Part shown: piece by piece, positions 21,213-31,358 of the stretch | How the letters are laid out: each line of letters opens with the position of its first letter | Numbering within the stretch: the first letter of the stretch is position 1 | Source: Faecousia sp. | GTDB taxonomy: Bacteria; Bacillota; Clostridia; Oscillospirales; Oscillospiraceae | Assembly: GCA_045614325.1 (NCBI GenBank) | Contig: JAZLCU010000026.1 | Span: 293 to 64,292, forward strand | DNA: 64,000 nt | Direction: 5' to 3' | Position numbers and translations under genes: made by a program | The notes under the pieces: generated by a model | What the model was told of the DNA's origin: nothing | Database searches by the model: none | The model's input: the letters and a program-made list of their open reading frames with translations, nothing else

Positions 21213-21219
21213 AGCGTCC

Positions 21220-22098
21220 TCACTCGATGTTCTGGGTCTGTTCCCGAATCTTTTCCAGCTCTGCCTTGATGTCCACCACCACACGGGCCAGATTCACATC
21301 TGTGCACTTAGAACCGATGGTGTTGGCTTCCCGGTTCATCTCCTGAAGCAGGAAATCCAGCTTGCGGCCAACTGCGCCGCCGGCGGTGAGCATATCGTTC
21401 ATCTGCTGCAGGTGGCTGCGCAATCTGACGGTTTCTTCGTCCACTGCCACCTTGTCGGCGAAGATCGCCGCTTCGGTCAGGATACGGCTTTCGTCGATCG
21501 CGGTGTTAGCCAGCACTTCCTTCAGCTTATTTTCCAATCGGGTGCGGTAATCGATCACCGTCTGGACGTTGCCCTTTTCCACTTGGGTCACCAGCTCCAG
21601 AATGGTATTGCCGCGGCTGCGCAGGTCGCGGTCAAGGGCTTCGCCCTCATTCTGACGCATCTTGTCGTATTCTGCCAACGCTTTTGACAAAACGCCCATC
21701 ATATCGGCAAGCAGCTGCTCTTCATTCACCTGCGGTTTCTCTAAAGAGAACACTTCAGGCAGGCGGGACACGGTGGAGACGCTGATATCGTCTGCCACCT
21801 GAAATTCCTGCACCATCTCACGCATAGCGGTCAAGTAGCTTTCCAAAACCGCTTTGTTCAGGTTGACCTGCACCTCGTCGCCGTTTTCGCTGCGAACGGA
21901 GATGAACACATCCACCTTGCCGCGAGAAATAACATTTTTCACAGCCTGCTTGACAGCCTCCTCACCAAAGGTGAGGATTCTGGGCAGGCGCACGGAGCAA
22001 TCCAGATAACGGTTGTTCACGGATCGCAATTCTACGGTAAATTCCCGACCGTTCACCGTTTCCACGGCGCGGCCGTAACCGGTCATACTTTTAATCAA
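21220..22098 (-). CDS. yicC: YicC/YloC family endoribonuclease
   Basis: [36 protein letters not shown]. Confidence 0.93.
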   Translation of the reverse strand: MIKSMTGYGRAVETVNGREFTVELRSVNNRYLDCSVRLPRILTFGEEAVKQAVKNVISRGKVDVFISVRSENGDEVQVNLNKAVLESYLTAMREMVQEFQVADDISVSTVSRLPEVFSLEKPQVNEEQLLADMMGVLSKALAEYDKMRQNEGEALDRDLRSRGNTILELVTQVEKGNVQTVIDYRTRLENKLKEVLANTAIDESRILTEAAIFADKVAVDEETVRLRSHLQQMNDMLTAGGAVGRKLDFLLQEMNREANTIGSKCTDVNLARVVVDIKAELEKIREQTQNIE

Positions 22099-22119
22099 GG
22101 CTTTTTCCTCTTTTCTCTA

Positions 22120-23334
22120 TCACTGGGTAACGGTGGCAGTTATGGGATAAACACCAACCGCGCCAACGCCTGCAAAGGCGCTGCCTACTGTAATCGTACC
22201 GTTAATGGTAACGGCGCCGACCTGTGCCTGGGAGCAATCGATTGTTGCAACGATGTCAGAATCCTTCAGCTGCTTGATGAGCTTTTCAGGGCCGCGCATC
22301 GTCACGCGCAGCGACTTGGTCACCAGTTGCACCTTCATGCCGGCAGGCGCATTCACAGGGGTGATGGTGGAGACTTTGAATTCCTTCTTTACTAGCTTAT
22401 TGAATTTGATTTCTACCGTTACCTGATCCACACCCGTCTGGTTGGTGACACCATCCGGCAAGGTAATGGGGAAGGTAAGCACGGAATCCTCAGCAATTTC
22501 AGCCAAATTGATCGTGCCCAGATCCAGAGATTCCATTTTCTCAAGCAGCGTGTCGCTACCGGAGACCTGCAGGGTGGTCTGGCTCACATTGATCGTGGTG
22601 TTCGAATCGGTTGCGCCGCCACCGTAGACAATGTTCAGGTTCAGAAGGATATCCTTCAGCCGTTCGATCTTAATCAGCAGGTTGACCTTTTCCGTGTTGG
22701 TGGATACCTTTTCTGCATCCACAGGATTGCCTGCATCATCACAGAGAACATACTGGTACTCGCCAACCAAGGATTTGGTCTGATTGGTCAGATCTACACG
22801 GATCACGGCTTGGGTGATCTTATTCATCACAGGCTCAGGGCCGGAGATCTCAATGCTGGTCTTATCCAGCTGAGGTGCGCTTGCGATAAAGCCCTGAGGC
22901 ACGGATGTATCGCCGTCTTCAATGACAACGGGAACGATCTTGCTGATCTTGTTCTCCACCTCTACGGTGATGGAGTCGGTACTGCTGCTCTGTACAGAGA
23001 TCTCATTACCGGACACATTGCCGGGATAAGCAATATCGTAGGTCAGCCTATGGATGCCGGGGCCTTCGATATTGGCCACATTGGTGATAACATTGATGTT
23101 TGCTTCGTTCAAGTCGTTCAGCGTGGTGCGGTTGCCCTTCAGAACCAAGGTGACTGTGGGTGTATCGCTGACAACCATAAGGCCGCGCTCTGCCAAAATT
23201 TCTTTGTTTTGCAGAACCACGGGAATTTCGTAATATGTTTTTTCAGACTCGGGGCTGACCACCGTAATGACATACAGCCACAAGCCAAATGCGACAACAG
23301 CGGACAACAGAATCGAGAGAATTTTATTTTTCAT
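22120..23334 (-). CDS. cdaR: CdaR/YbbR-repeat diadenylate cyclase regulator
   Basis: N-terminal TM (LS..VAFGLWLYV), beta-rich repeats, overlaps the cdaA stop. Confidence 0.78.
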   Translation of the reverse strand: MKNKILSILLSAVVAFGLWLYVITVVSPESEKTYYEIPVVLQNKEILAERGLMVVSDTPTVTLVLKGNRTTLNDLNEANINVITNVANIEGPGIHRLTYDIAYPGNVSGNEISVQSSSTDSITVEVENKISKIVPVVIEDGDTSVPQGFIASAPQLDKTSIEISGPEPVMNKITQAVIRVDLTNQTKSLVGEYQYVLCDDAGNPVDAEKVSTNTEKVNLLIKIERLKDILLNLNIVYGGGATDSNTTINVSQTTLQVSGSDTLLEKMESLDLGTINLAEIAEDSVLTFPITLPDGVTNQTGVDQVTVEIKFNKLVKKEFKVSTITPVNAPAGMKVQLVTKSLRVTMRGPEKLIKQLKDSDIVATIDCSQAQVGAVTINGTITVGSAFAGVGAVGVYPITATVTQ

Positions 23335-24193
23335 TCGGCTTGCCTCCTTTGTCCTTCTTCTGCAGCTTTTGATAGAGCTTTACTACCAAATTCTCCTGCT
23401 CAGGAGCTTCCTCCTGACACAGCTCGTTACGTAACAGACGCTCCAGCGTCTGAGGAGCCAAGTGGCGCTTGAGCATACCGCCAACCGCCACAGAAATTGC
23501 GCCGGTTTCCTCGGAAACCACCACAACCACCGAATCGGACACCTCGCTGATGCCAACGGCTGCTCTATGTCTTGTACCAAGGTCCAGGCTCAGGCGGTTG
23601 GTTTCGGAAAGGGGCAGAACGCAACCGGCTGCTGCAACCATGCCGTTATGAACGATCATAGCGCCATCGTGCAGGGCGGCCTTGGGGAAGAAGATGTTGC
23701 GGATCAGCTGTTCAGAGACCTTACCCTCGATCATGGTGCCGGTCTTGTAGTATTCGTCCAGATGGTCTTCACGGGAGAAAACGATCAGCGCGCCAACGCG
23801 CTCCTTGCTCATCTTCTCGCAGGCGCTGACCGTCTGCAGGATCACAGGGATCATCTCCTGCTGGGGTTTTTCTGTGCCTAAGAAGCGGCGGAGCTTTACA
23901 TTGCTGATCCGGTCAAACATACGGCGCAGCTCCGGCTGGAACAAGACGACCAGTGCCAGCAAACCGACGGTGAACAGCTCTGAGAAAATATAGCTCAGCG
24001 CGTGCAGCTTCAGAACGCCGGTAAGCCAGGCCACCACAATGACGACCACGACAACTCTGGCGATCCGGACGATACCGGAGGAGCGAAACAGGGGCAGTAA
24101 TTTGTAGATCAAATATGCGACGATAACGATGTCCAGATAGTCTGACCATCGCATACCCTGAATTTGTTGCCATACGAATTTTAACGATTCCAT
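23324..24193 (-). CDS. cdaA: Diadenylate cyclase CdaA
   Basis: Three TM segments, FQPELRR, LHDGA, LGTRHRAA, VSEETG. Confidence 0.93.
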   Translation of the reverse strand: MESLKFVWQQIQGMRWSDYLDIVIVAYLIYKLLPLFRSSGIVRIARVVVVVIVVAWLTGVLKLHALSYIFSELFTVGLLALVVLFQPELRRMFDRISNVKLRRFLGTEKPQQEMIPVILQTVSACEKMSKERVGALIVFSREDHLDEYYKTGTMIEGKVSEQLIRNIFFPKAALHDGAMIVHNGMVAAAGCVLPLSETNRLSLDLGTRHRAAVGISEVSDSVVVVVSEETGAISVAVGGMLKRHLAPQTLERLLRNELCQEEAPEQENLVVKLYQKLQKKDKGGKPNEK

Positions 24194-24320
24194 AAAAGCC
24201 CCTCTTTCTTCGTTTTCTTACTTGTAATGCCATTGATTTTTCATTTTTGGCATACCTACCCTATTATCTTTTTATTATAACGGATTTGGCCGATAATGGC
24301 AATAGCTTTTCACAAAAATT

Positions 24321-25427
24321 TTACGCAATAACCGCCAGTTTTTCCGCCTCCAACAAAAGGTTTCCCGTCTGCCAAGCCGCCGCATCGTGACCGAAGCTGA
24401 CGCGCACCGTTCCGCTGTCTAAAGTTCCCGCACTTTCGTGGGCAAGCGGCGCACAATGCAGGCCGGCACGCACGGCAATTCCATTGTCCGCAAGGGTCTT
24501 TGCGGCCTCCTCGCAGTCCATAGGCGGAACGAACGAAACCGTCCCTCCCTGATGGGGGCCGCGGAACACACGGAAGCCTAATTTCTCAAGTCCGTCTGCC
24601 GTATGGTGAGCCTGCTTCTGCTGCTTGGCCAGAATCCGCCTCGGCTCTTGCTGCCGCACATAGGCAATACCGGCGGCTAAACCTGCGATGCCCGGCACAT
24701 TCAGCGTACCTGCCTCCCCTACATCCGGCAGAAAATCCGGCATTTCCTGACTGGCAGAAAGGCTGCCCGTTCCGCCCTGCAAAAGCGGCTTTGGCAAATC
24801 CTTGCAAAGGAGCAAGCCTGTGCCTTGTGGACCGAGGAGTCCCTTATGGCCGGGCATTGCAATAAAGTCCGCCCCCAAAGCCTGCATATCGATGTCCAGC
24901 ATCCCGGCCGATTGTGCCGCGTCCAGTATAAACGGCACACCGTATTGCCGGCACAGGTATGCCATTTCCTCAACCGGAAGGATATAACCAATCACATTGG
25001 AAACATGGGTAAAAACCGCCGCATCCACGCCTCGACGCAACCCGTCTTCAAATTCTTCCAAGGTATTTTCCCAATCGAACAGTTTGCGGCCGGCTACGGT
25101 TATTTGGGCCTTTCGGGCATACAAGGGTCTTGTGACCGCGTTATGCTCAAAGCCGGAGATCAGGACTCTTGCGCCCGGTTTTACCAGCGTGTTGATGGCC
25201 ATATTCAGGCCGTAGGTGCAGTTGCTGGTCATCACCACCTGCTCCGGTGAACAATGAAAGAGCGCCCCGGCCTGCTCCCGGCAGCGCAGCACGGTTTTGG
25301 CCGCGGCCATAGCGGCTTTATGACCGCCACGGCCCGGGTTGGCGCAATTTTCCAAGGCGCATCGCATAGCCCGATACACCGATTCCGGCTTGTGAAAAGA
25401 GGTTGCGCCGTGATCCAAATAGGTCAT
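24321..25427 (-). CDS. Class V aminotransferase / cysteine desulfurase-family enzyme
   Basis: YLDHGATS, EHNAV, DAAQSAG, PGHKGLLGPQG, RAGLHCAP. Confidence 0.88.
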   Translation of the reverse strand: MTYLDHGATSFHKPESVYRAMRCALENCANPGRGGHKAAMAAAKTVLRCREQAGALFHCSPEQVVMTSNCTYGLNMAINTLVKPGARVLISGFEHNAVTRPLYARKAQITVAGRKLFDWENTLEEFEDGLRRGVDAAVFTHVSNVIGYILPVEEMAYLCRQYGVPFILDAAQSAGMLDIDMQALGADFIAMPGHKGLLGPQGTGLLLCKDLPKPLLQGGTGSLSASQEMPDFLPDVGEAGTLNVPGIAGLAAGIAYVRQQEPRRILAKQQKQAHHTADGLEKLGFRVFRGPHQGGTVSFVPPMDCEEAAKTLADNGIAVRAGLHCAPLAHESAGTLDSGTVRVSFGHDAAAWQTGNLLLEAEKLAVIA

Positions 25428-25678
25428 AGGCGCAGTTCCTCCGGTGTACCGTTTTCCCGCAGGTTATAGGCCTTTCGGAACTGTATTCCGGCCTGTCGCA
25501 ACAGCATTGACGCGGTCATCATATCTTCACAGTCCATTTGCAGGCTGTAACCGCAGCCTTTTTCCTCCATCCATTTCGGCGTACGCTGTATGGTACATCC
25601 CACTCCCGCTCGACGCAAGACCTCCTCCGCCCGTTGGGCTGGGGTCACAGAGCGGAAGGTTATGATACATTTTCTCAT
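25424..25678 (-). CDS. DUF3343-like small protein
   Basis: ITF.S...A..AE..L, P......GCG pattern; overlaps the desulfurase start. Confidence 0.7.
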   Translation of the reverse strand: MRKCIITFRSVTPAQRAEEVLRRAGVGCTIQRTPKWMEEKGCGYSLQMDCEDMMTASMLLRQAGIQFRKAYNLRENGTPEELRL

Positions 25679-25733
25679 AAACAAACCCTCCCGAACCAAT
25701 TTATGTCCGAGAGGGTGGTTTTGTGTAGTTTTC

Positions 25734-26204
25734 TCATTCTTCCAGCAGGCAGACAGCGTGGCAGGCCATACCGCTTCCGTCGCCGGTGAAGCCTAAATGC
25801 TCCTCTGTGGTGGCTTTCACATTGACACGCGTCCGATCAATGCCGATGGCCTCAGAAATGTTCTGCTCCATTTGAGAAATGTAGGACTTCAGCTTGGGTG
25901 CTTGGGCGATCATCGTCACATCCACATTGCTGACCCGATAGCCTGTGGCGTGTACCTTTTCGGCTACAGCTGCAAGCAATTTCAGAGAGTCTGCGTCCTT
26001 ATAAGCTGGGTCGGTATCCGGAAAGTGTCTGCCGATGTCGCCAAGTCCGGCTGCGCCCAAAAGGGCATCGGAAACCGCGTGGAGCAAAACATCCGCATCG
26101 GAATGACCCAAAAGCCCCTTCTCATAGGGAATGTCCACGCCACCAAGAATCAATTTCCGGCCTTCAGTAAGCCGGTGTACATCATATCCGTGTCCGATCC
26201 TCAT
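25734..26204 (-). CDS. ispF: 2-C-methyl-D-erythritol 2,4-cyclodiphosphate synthase
   Basis: [27 protein letters not shown]. Confidence 0.95.
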   Translation of the reverse strand: MRIGHGYDVHRLTEGRKLILGGVDIPYEKGLLGHSDADVLLHAVSDALLGAAGLGDIGRHFPDTDPAYKDADSLKLLAAVAEKVHATGYRVSNVDVTMIAQAPKLKSYISQMEQNISEAIGIDRTRVNVKATTEEHLGFTGDGSGMACHAVCLLEE

Positions 26205-26923
26205 TGCATTTCCTCCAGCAGGCACGCTGCAATTTTCAAGTCCATAGGAGTGGTTACTTTGATGTTTCGCTCGTCACCTTCCACGATTTTCACCGTCATA
26301 CCGACGGCTTCCACCGCAGAGCAATCGTCAGTGATGGGAAGACCATCCTTTTCTGCCTTTCCAAGCGCTACCTTCAGCAGGTCGATATCAAAGACCTGCG
26401 GTGTTTGAATGGCTTGCAGAGCGCTTCTGTCAGGGGTAGCGCGGACAACGCCGCCTTTTACCACCTTGACGGTGTCTTTTACAGCCACGCCCGGCGCGGC
26501 GGCGCTATAGGTATTGGCTGCGCGGACAGTTCGTTCAATAACCTCTTCTGTAACAAGGGGTCTTGCGCCGTCCTGAATGGCCGCAAGGCGCACCTTGGAG
26601 GACAGTGCATTTAAGCCGTTTTTGACGGATTCCGGGCGGTCAGCTCCGCCGGCAATAACTGCGGTCACCTTGGAAAAGCCGGTGCACAATTCCATAATTT
26701 GGCTGATCAGATCCGGACGGGTCACTACCACGATTTCCCGAATCACATCACTGTTTTGGAATGCCCGTACCGTTTTCACGATCATCGGCTCACCAGAAAG
26801 CTCTGCCATCACTTTATCAATACCCTGCATACGGGATGCGCTTCCGGCTGCCACGATCACCGCGCCGCAATACTGCAGAGGCAGGATTTTACGGAGGGTG
26901 TTTGTCAGTTTGTTGATCAGCAT
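26201..26923 (-). CDS. ispD: 2-C-methyl-D-erythritol 4-phosphate cytidylyltransferase
   Basis: [30 protein letters not shown]. Confidence 0.93.
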   Translation of the reverse strand: MLINKLTNTLRKILPLQYCGAVIVAAGSASRMQGIDKVMAELSGEPMIVKTVRAFQNSDVIREIVVVTRPDLISQIMELCTGFSKVTAVIAGGADRPESVKNGLNALSSKVRLAAIQDGARPLVTEEVIERTVRAANTYSAAAPGVAVKDTVKVVKGGVVRATPDRSALQAIQTPQVFDIDLLKVALGKAEKDGLPITDDCSAVEAVGMTVKIVEGDERNIKVTTPMDLKIAACLLEEMQ

Positions 26924-26924
26924 A

Positions 26925-28292
26925 TTACAACTCCTTAACAAGTCGCTTGAAGTAATCACCTCTGACCATAAAGTTCTTGAACTGATCAAAGGCTGCGGAG
27001 GCCGGTGACATCAGTACCACATCGCCGGATTTGGCATCCGCAGCTGCCTGCTTAACCGCGGTGGAAAAGTCACCGCAATCTACGATTTGGGGGCAGCCGG
27101 GGGTATACTCCGGCGCGTTTTCCACGGCCGTGCGAATGGCTGCGGCGGTTGCACCGTTTAAGTAAAGTTTCTTCACATGCTTGCAGATGACAGGGCCAAG
27201 CACATCATAGGGAATATGCTTATCGTAACCGCCGGCAATCAGCAGCACCTTCTCAGAAAAGCTGTTCAGGCCTGCGATGGTACGGCTGGGAGAGGACGCG
27301 ATAGAGTCGTTATAGAACTTCACGCCGTCCTTGACGCGCACCAGCTCGATACGATGCTCCACCCCGCCGAATTCCCGTGCTACTTTGTGGATATTTTCAT
27401 CGGACACAAGGCCCTCGACAGCCAAGATGGCAGCCATATAATTTTCGATATTATGCACGCCGGGAATTGCGATTTCCTCTGTATTCAGAACGGGTTTTCC
27501 GTCCCGGCAAATCATATTTCCATTCAGACAAACGCCCTTTTCGGTCTTACCCACACGGGCAAAAAACCGGGTCTTGCCGTTGCCGCTAAAGGCCGCTGTG
27601 ATGGCATTATCTGCATTCAAAATCAAGGTGTCTTCTGTGCCTTGGAAACGGAAGATATTCTTTTTTGCCTCCACATATTCGTCCATATCCTTGTGGACAT
27701 CCAAGTGGTTGGGGGCAAGGTTTGTGACCACCGCCACGGAAGGACTGCGGCGCATATCCATCAGTTGGAAGGAGCTGAGTTCCACCACCGCAAAATCGTC
27801 CTTTACCATATCGTCCAAAAGGGGCAGCAGGGGCGTGCCGATATTGCCGCCAAGCCATACGGTTTTTCCCTCGGCTTTCAGCATCTCGGAGATGAGAGTG
27901 GTAGTGGTTGTCTTGCCGTCAGAGCCGGTCACCGCCAAGGTGGTACAGGGGCAAAGCTCAAAAAACACTTCCATTTCGCTGGTAACGGATGCGCCCTTTT
28001 GGCGGAGCATTTCCAGCGCCGGATTGCCCGGGTGCATACCGGGGGTTCTGAACACCAAATCGGCAGTGACATTCTCCAAATATCCGTCGCCGGTCTGCAG
28101 GCGGCAGCCAAGCCGCTCCAACTCCAGCACTTCTTCGTCCAATTTCTCATAGGGGGTCTTGTCGCAGCCGATGACAGTACAGCCATAACGCAGCAAAAGG
28201 CGCACCAAGGGCCGATTGCTGACGCCCAAGCCCAGCACAGCGATTTGCTTGCCCTGCAAAGATGTAAAATAGGATTCCAAAATGCTTGCCAT
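26925..28292 (-). CDS. murD: UDP-N-acetylmuramoyl-L-alanine--D-glutamate ligase
   Basis: GLGVS, TGSDGKTTT, GGNIG, ELSSFQL, NHLD.H, SPASAAFDQF; real start near 28,292. Confidence 0.92.
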   Translation of the reverse strand: MASILESYFTSLQGKQIAVLGLGVSNRPLVRLLLRYGCTVIGCDKTPYEKLDEEVLELERLGCRLQTGDGYLENVTADLVFRTPGMHPGNPALEMLRQKGASVTSEMEVFFELCPCTTLAVTGSDGKTTTTTLISEMLKAEGKTVWLGGNIGTPLLPLLDDMVKDDFAVVELSSFQLMDMRRSPSVAVVTNLAPNHLDVHKDMDEYVEAKKNIFRFQGTEDTLILNADNAITAAFSGNGKTRFFARVGKTEKGVCLNGNMICRDGKPVLNTEEIAIPGVHNIENYMAAILAVEGLVSDENIHKVAREFGGVEHRIELVRVKDGVKFYNDSIASSPSRTIAGLNSFSEKVLLIAGGYDKHIPYDVLGPVICKHVKKLYLNGATAAAIRTAVENAPEYTPGCPQIVDCGDFSTAVKQAAADAKSGDVVLMSPASAAFDQFKNFMVRGDYFKRLVKEL

Positions 28293-28418
28293 AGCCATTC
28301 CCCTTTTCTTCGTGCTATCTTCTTGGATATAGTATATCCTTTCTTTTGAAAATTTGCAAGATATTTGACAAGCGAGGGTACGGGGTATAAAATATAGAAA
28401 ACCCCAAGGAGACTGTTT

Positions 28419-29189
28419 ATGACAGAAAATTATCACACCCACACCGTCAGGTGCCGCCACGCCGCCGGCGCGGAGGAAGAATATGTTTTGAAGGCAATTG
28501 AGGGCGGACTTCAGGTGCTGGGTTTTTCCGACCACACGCCCTTTCTGTTCCCCGGCGACTACTACTCCACAATGCGTATGTACCCTCACCAACTGGAGGA
28601 TTATGTGACCACGGTTTTGGCGCTGAAAGAGAAATACAAGGACAAGATCGACATTCGTTTGGGCCTGGAAGTGGAGTACTATCCCGACAGAATGGATGGA
28701 CTGTTTGAACTGATCAAACCCTACGATATTGAATATTTTATACTGGGTCAGCATTGGTGCGGAAATGAGCAAAACGAACCCTATAACGGCCGCCCCACCG
28801 ACGACAATTCCCTTTGGGAGCGGTACTGCACCCAGGTGATTGAAGGTATGAAAACCGGACTTTTTACCTATGTTGCCCATCCGGATTTGCTGTATTTTAC
28901 GGGAAATTCGAACTTTTACAAAAAACACGCCGAACGGCTGTGCCAAGGGTCAAAAGAGTATGACATGCCATTGGAAATTAACCTTTTGGGCATTCGGTCC
29001 GGGCGGCACTACCCCCGGGAAGACTTTTGGGAAGTTGCCGGTAAGGTCGGGTGCAAGGTGGTTTTGGGCTGCGATGCCCACTCCCCCGAAGAGGTGGATG
29101 ACCCTGCGTCGGAAGCAAAAGCGTTGGAACTTGTTAGGAAGTATCATTTGAATCTTTTAGACCACATTCCTCTGCGGCCTTGCAAGTGA
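28419..29189 (+). CDS. PHP-domain histidinol-phosphatase family protein
   Basis: NYHTHT.RC.HA, GFSDH, AHPD, GCDAH. Confidence 0.85.
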   Translation: MTENYHTHTVRCRHAAGAEEEYVLKAIEGGLQVLGFSDHTPFLFPGDYYSTMRMYPHQLEDYVTTVLALKEKYKDKIDIRLGLEVEYYPDRMDGLFELIKPYDIEYFILGQHWCGNEQNEPYNGRPTDDNSLWERYCTQVIEGMKTGLFTYVAHPDLLYFTGNSNFYKKHAERLCQGSKEYDMPLEINLLGIRSGRHYPREDFWEVAGKVGCKVVLGCDAHSPEEVDDPASEAKALELVRKYHLNLLDHIPLRPCK

Positions 29190-29190
29190 T

Positions 29191-29219
29191 TTGACAATCG
29201 GGCGCATTTGCAGTACAAT
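29191..29219 (+). promoter_or_regulatory. sigmaA promoter of rnpB
   Basis: TTGACA-N17-TACAAT ending 8 nt before the RNase P RNA. Confidence 0.8.
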
Positions 29220-29226
29220 AAAATCC

Positions 29227-29565
29227 GCGACCGGGTCGGACAGCCGCGGCTGGGTTCCGAAAGGACCCAGGTGAGGAAAGTCCGGGCTCCACAGGGCAAG
29301 GATAACGGGTAACGCCCGCCGGGGGTGACCCCAGGACAAGTGCAACAGAGATATACCGCCGTAAGGCAAGGGTGAAAAGGTGCGGTAAGAGCGCACCCGG
29401 CCCATAGAGATATGGGTTTTACGATGTAAACTCTATCCGGAGCAACACCGTGTGTGGGACAATAGGCTAGCCCGGCCGTCCCCAAGAGGTGGCTTGATTC
29501 CGTGAGCAATTGCGGAACTAGATAGATGGCTGTCAAGACAGAACCCGGCTTACAGACCCGGTCGC
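29227..29565 (+). ncRNA. rnpB: RNase P RNA (type A)
   Basis: GAGGAAAGTCCGGGC, AGTGCAACAGA, GGTGCGGTAAGAGCGCACC, ACAGAACCCGGCTTA; terminal P1 helix gcgaccgggtc/gacccggtcgc. Confidence 0.96.
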
Positions 29566-29650
29566 AACTAAAAAACAAAAGCACTGCCAAATGGCGGTGC
29601 TTTCATCTTACAACCTAACCTCCCTTCGATTTTTCGCAGGGAGGTTTTTA

Positions 29651-30526
29651 TTAAATGCTTTTCACGGGGTGCAGCTCAATATATCCTCTCGCACCAATGG
29701 GTTCCAGCTGAATACGGGGGTTGGATGTATCCCAGCGATAACCCACGGTTTCCGGGTTGTATTTTTTGATGGCATCCCACATCTGCAGGATTGCTTCTTC
29801 AAAATTTTCCTCTGCAAAGGGTTCACCCTGGAACATCATATATTTGCATTTGGGAAGCTCGATGATGTCAAATCCTTCCGGAATTCGGCCGTCAAAATCC
29901 ATAGCCACTTCCACGCCCTGCACATATTCACTGGTTCCTTCCGCAATATACTGCTCCGGAAGCCACAGGCACACCGGCTCATCGCTGATGGACTTCATGC
30001 TACACAGAAGTCCCCACACGTCGCAGCCGACTTCCTCGCAATATTTGAAATATTCCTTCGCGGTCTTTCCCCGTTTGATAACCAGTTTTCTGGCCGGCTT
30101 TTCCACGATTTGAACAAATACGCTTTTTACCTCGCTCATTTCCTTACTGTCCTTTCGTTTTGAATATTTTACGCCGTAGGGCTTGAACAGATAAATGGGC
30201 ATCGGGTTTACGGAGTACTCATAAGGGTTGCAGCCGAACTCCTTATAAAATGCTCGCTGATAGCCGTCCACGCTTTCAAAGCCGGAATCATACGCCACAT
30301 CGATGATTTTTACCTTTTCGTCCCGTAATCGCAACGCAGAACGGGAAAGTCGCAGCCGTCGGATGTAGACGGCCGGGGTCATGCGAAGCAGACTATGAAA
30401 GAGCCTATAAGAATACCAAGGAGAGTACCCGGCGGCATTGGAAAGGTCTGCCATAGAGATATTCTGTTCCAAATTGCTTGCGATATAGTCCTGCATTCTT
30501 TGCACGGCTTCAATACGCTCATCCAT
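29651..30526 (-). CDS. AraC-family transcriptional regulator with C-terminal GyrI-like effector domain
   Basis: N-terminal AraC HTH pair (YIRRLRLSRSA, GFES..YQRAFYKEFG). Confidence 0.82.
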   Translation of the reverse strand: MDERIEAVQRMQDYIASNLEQNISMADLSNAAGYSPWYSYRLFHSLLRMTPAVYIRRLRLSRSALRLRDEKVKIIDVAYDSGFESVDGYQRAFYKEFGCNPYEYSVNPMPIYLFKPYGVKYSKRKDSKEMSEVKSVFVQIVEKPARKLVIKRGKTAKEYFKYCEEVGCDVWGLLCSMKSISDEPVCLWLPEQYIAEGTSEYVQGVEVAMDFDGRIPEGFDIIELPKCKYMMFQGEPFAEENFEEAILQMWDAIKKYNPETVGYRWDTSNPRIQLEPIGARGYIELHPVKSI

Positions 30527-30641
30527 CTTTGTTCACCACCTTGCCCCTAAATCATAAAACATACAGGTAGTTTTTTCTCGACTTTATTTGCTGAAATATT
30601 GTAGCCGCCTCTGTGGAGGCGGCTATAATATCTGTATTTGT

Positions 30642-30974
30642 TTATTTGGACTGCTCGGGCAGTTGCACCAAGCCGGCCACATCGGACACAGGCAGAGAGA
30701 ATGCAATACCCTGTGCCTTTTCGCCCATACCCATACGGCTGTAGAGGGTATTGAGCACCTTATCGCGGATAGATTTTTCCACCACCATCAAAAGGATTTC
30801 CTTTTCCGGGTGGATGGTGATGCCGAAGAATGCCGCTTCCTTTTCACGAGCCACGCCACGGGCGTTCAGGATCGTGCCGCCGCGGACACCCTGCTGACGA
30901 GCCAAATCCATAGCCTCCTCAGCGAAGCCCGCATTTACAATTGCAAAAATCACTTCGTGATTGTCTGTTTTCAT
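30642..30974 (-). CDS. P-II family nitrogen regulator-like protein
   Basis: GGTILNARG, EKEILLMVV, GIAFSLPV. Confidence 0.78.
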   Translation of the reverse strand: MKTDNHEVIFAIVNAGFAEEAMDLARQQGVRGGTILNARGVAREKEAAFFGITIHPEKEILLMVVEKSIRDKVLNTLYSRMGMGEKAQGIAFSLPVSDVAGLVQLPEQSK

Positions 30975-31345
30975 CCTAAACCCTCCCTTTTCTGACGGTG
31001 GTTACTCAAAAACTGGTACATATTTACACCGATCACGCTGGACATCGGCACTGCAAAAGCAACGCCTTTTCCCTTGCGGATTGTCTCAAATTTTTCTGTC
31101 AGGCAGTTCATAACCGGGTCGACCATATCCTCCCGGACCACGCTGAAGATCACGGCCTTATGGGGGTTAAGACCCAGCATATCCACCAGCTCCGTATTGG
31201 CTGTGCCTTTTCCGGGGATCACCATCTGGCAGTTGATCTCAAACTGGCTGAGCACATCCAAGTAAAACTCTGCCTTGGGGCGATCTACAATGGTAAATAG
31301 CAATTTCAGTTTTTTGATGGCCGATTCGTTGATTGAATTTTCCAT
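30971..31345 (-). CDS. P-II-like protein
   Basis: GKGTA, GKGVAFAVPMSSVIG; tandem with P-II and DUF1538 genes. Confidence 0.7.
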   Translation of the reverse strand: MENSINESAIKKLKLLFTIVDRPKAEFYLDVLSQFEINCQMVIPGKGTANTELVDMLGLNPHKAVIFSVVREDMVDPVMNCLTEKFETIRKGKGVAFAVPMSSVIGVNMYQFLSNHRQKREGLG

Positions 31346-31358
31346 ATAGACGCCCCCT

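Noticed and set aside
3827-28349. Many long antisense ORFs (e.g. 5204-6343, 12935-13831, 16093-16965, 27177-28349)
   Set aside because: Shadows of codon-biased housekeeping genes; no RBS or recognisable motifs.
26925-28946. 673-aa ORF suggesting a MurD fusion with an N-terminal extension
   Set aside because: The extension is antisense to the PHP gene and crosses the divergent promoter region; MurD similarity and the RBS begin near 28,292.
29144-29590. Minus-strand ORFs over 29.1-29.6 kb
   Set aside because: Antisense to the RNase P RNA.
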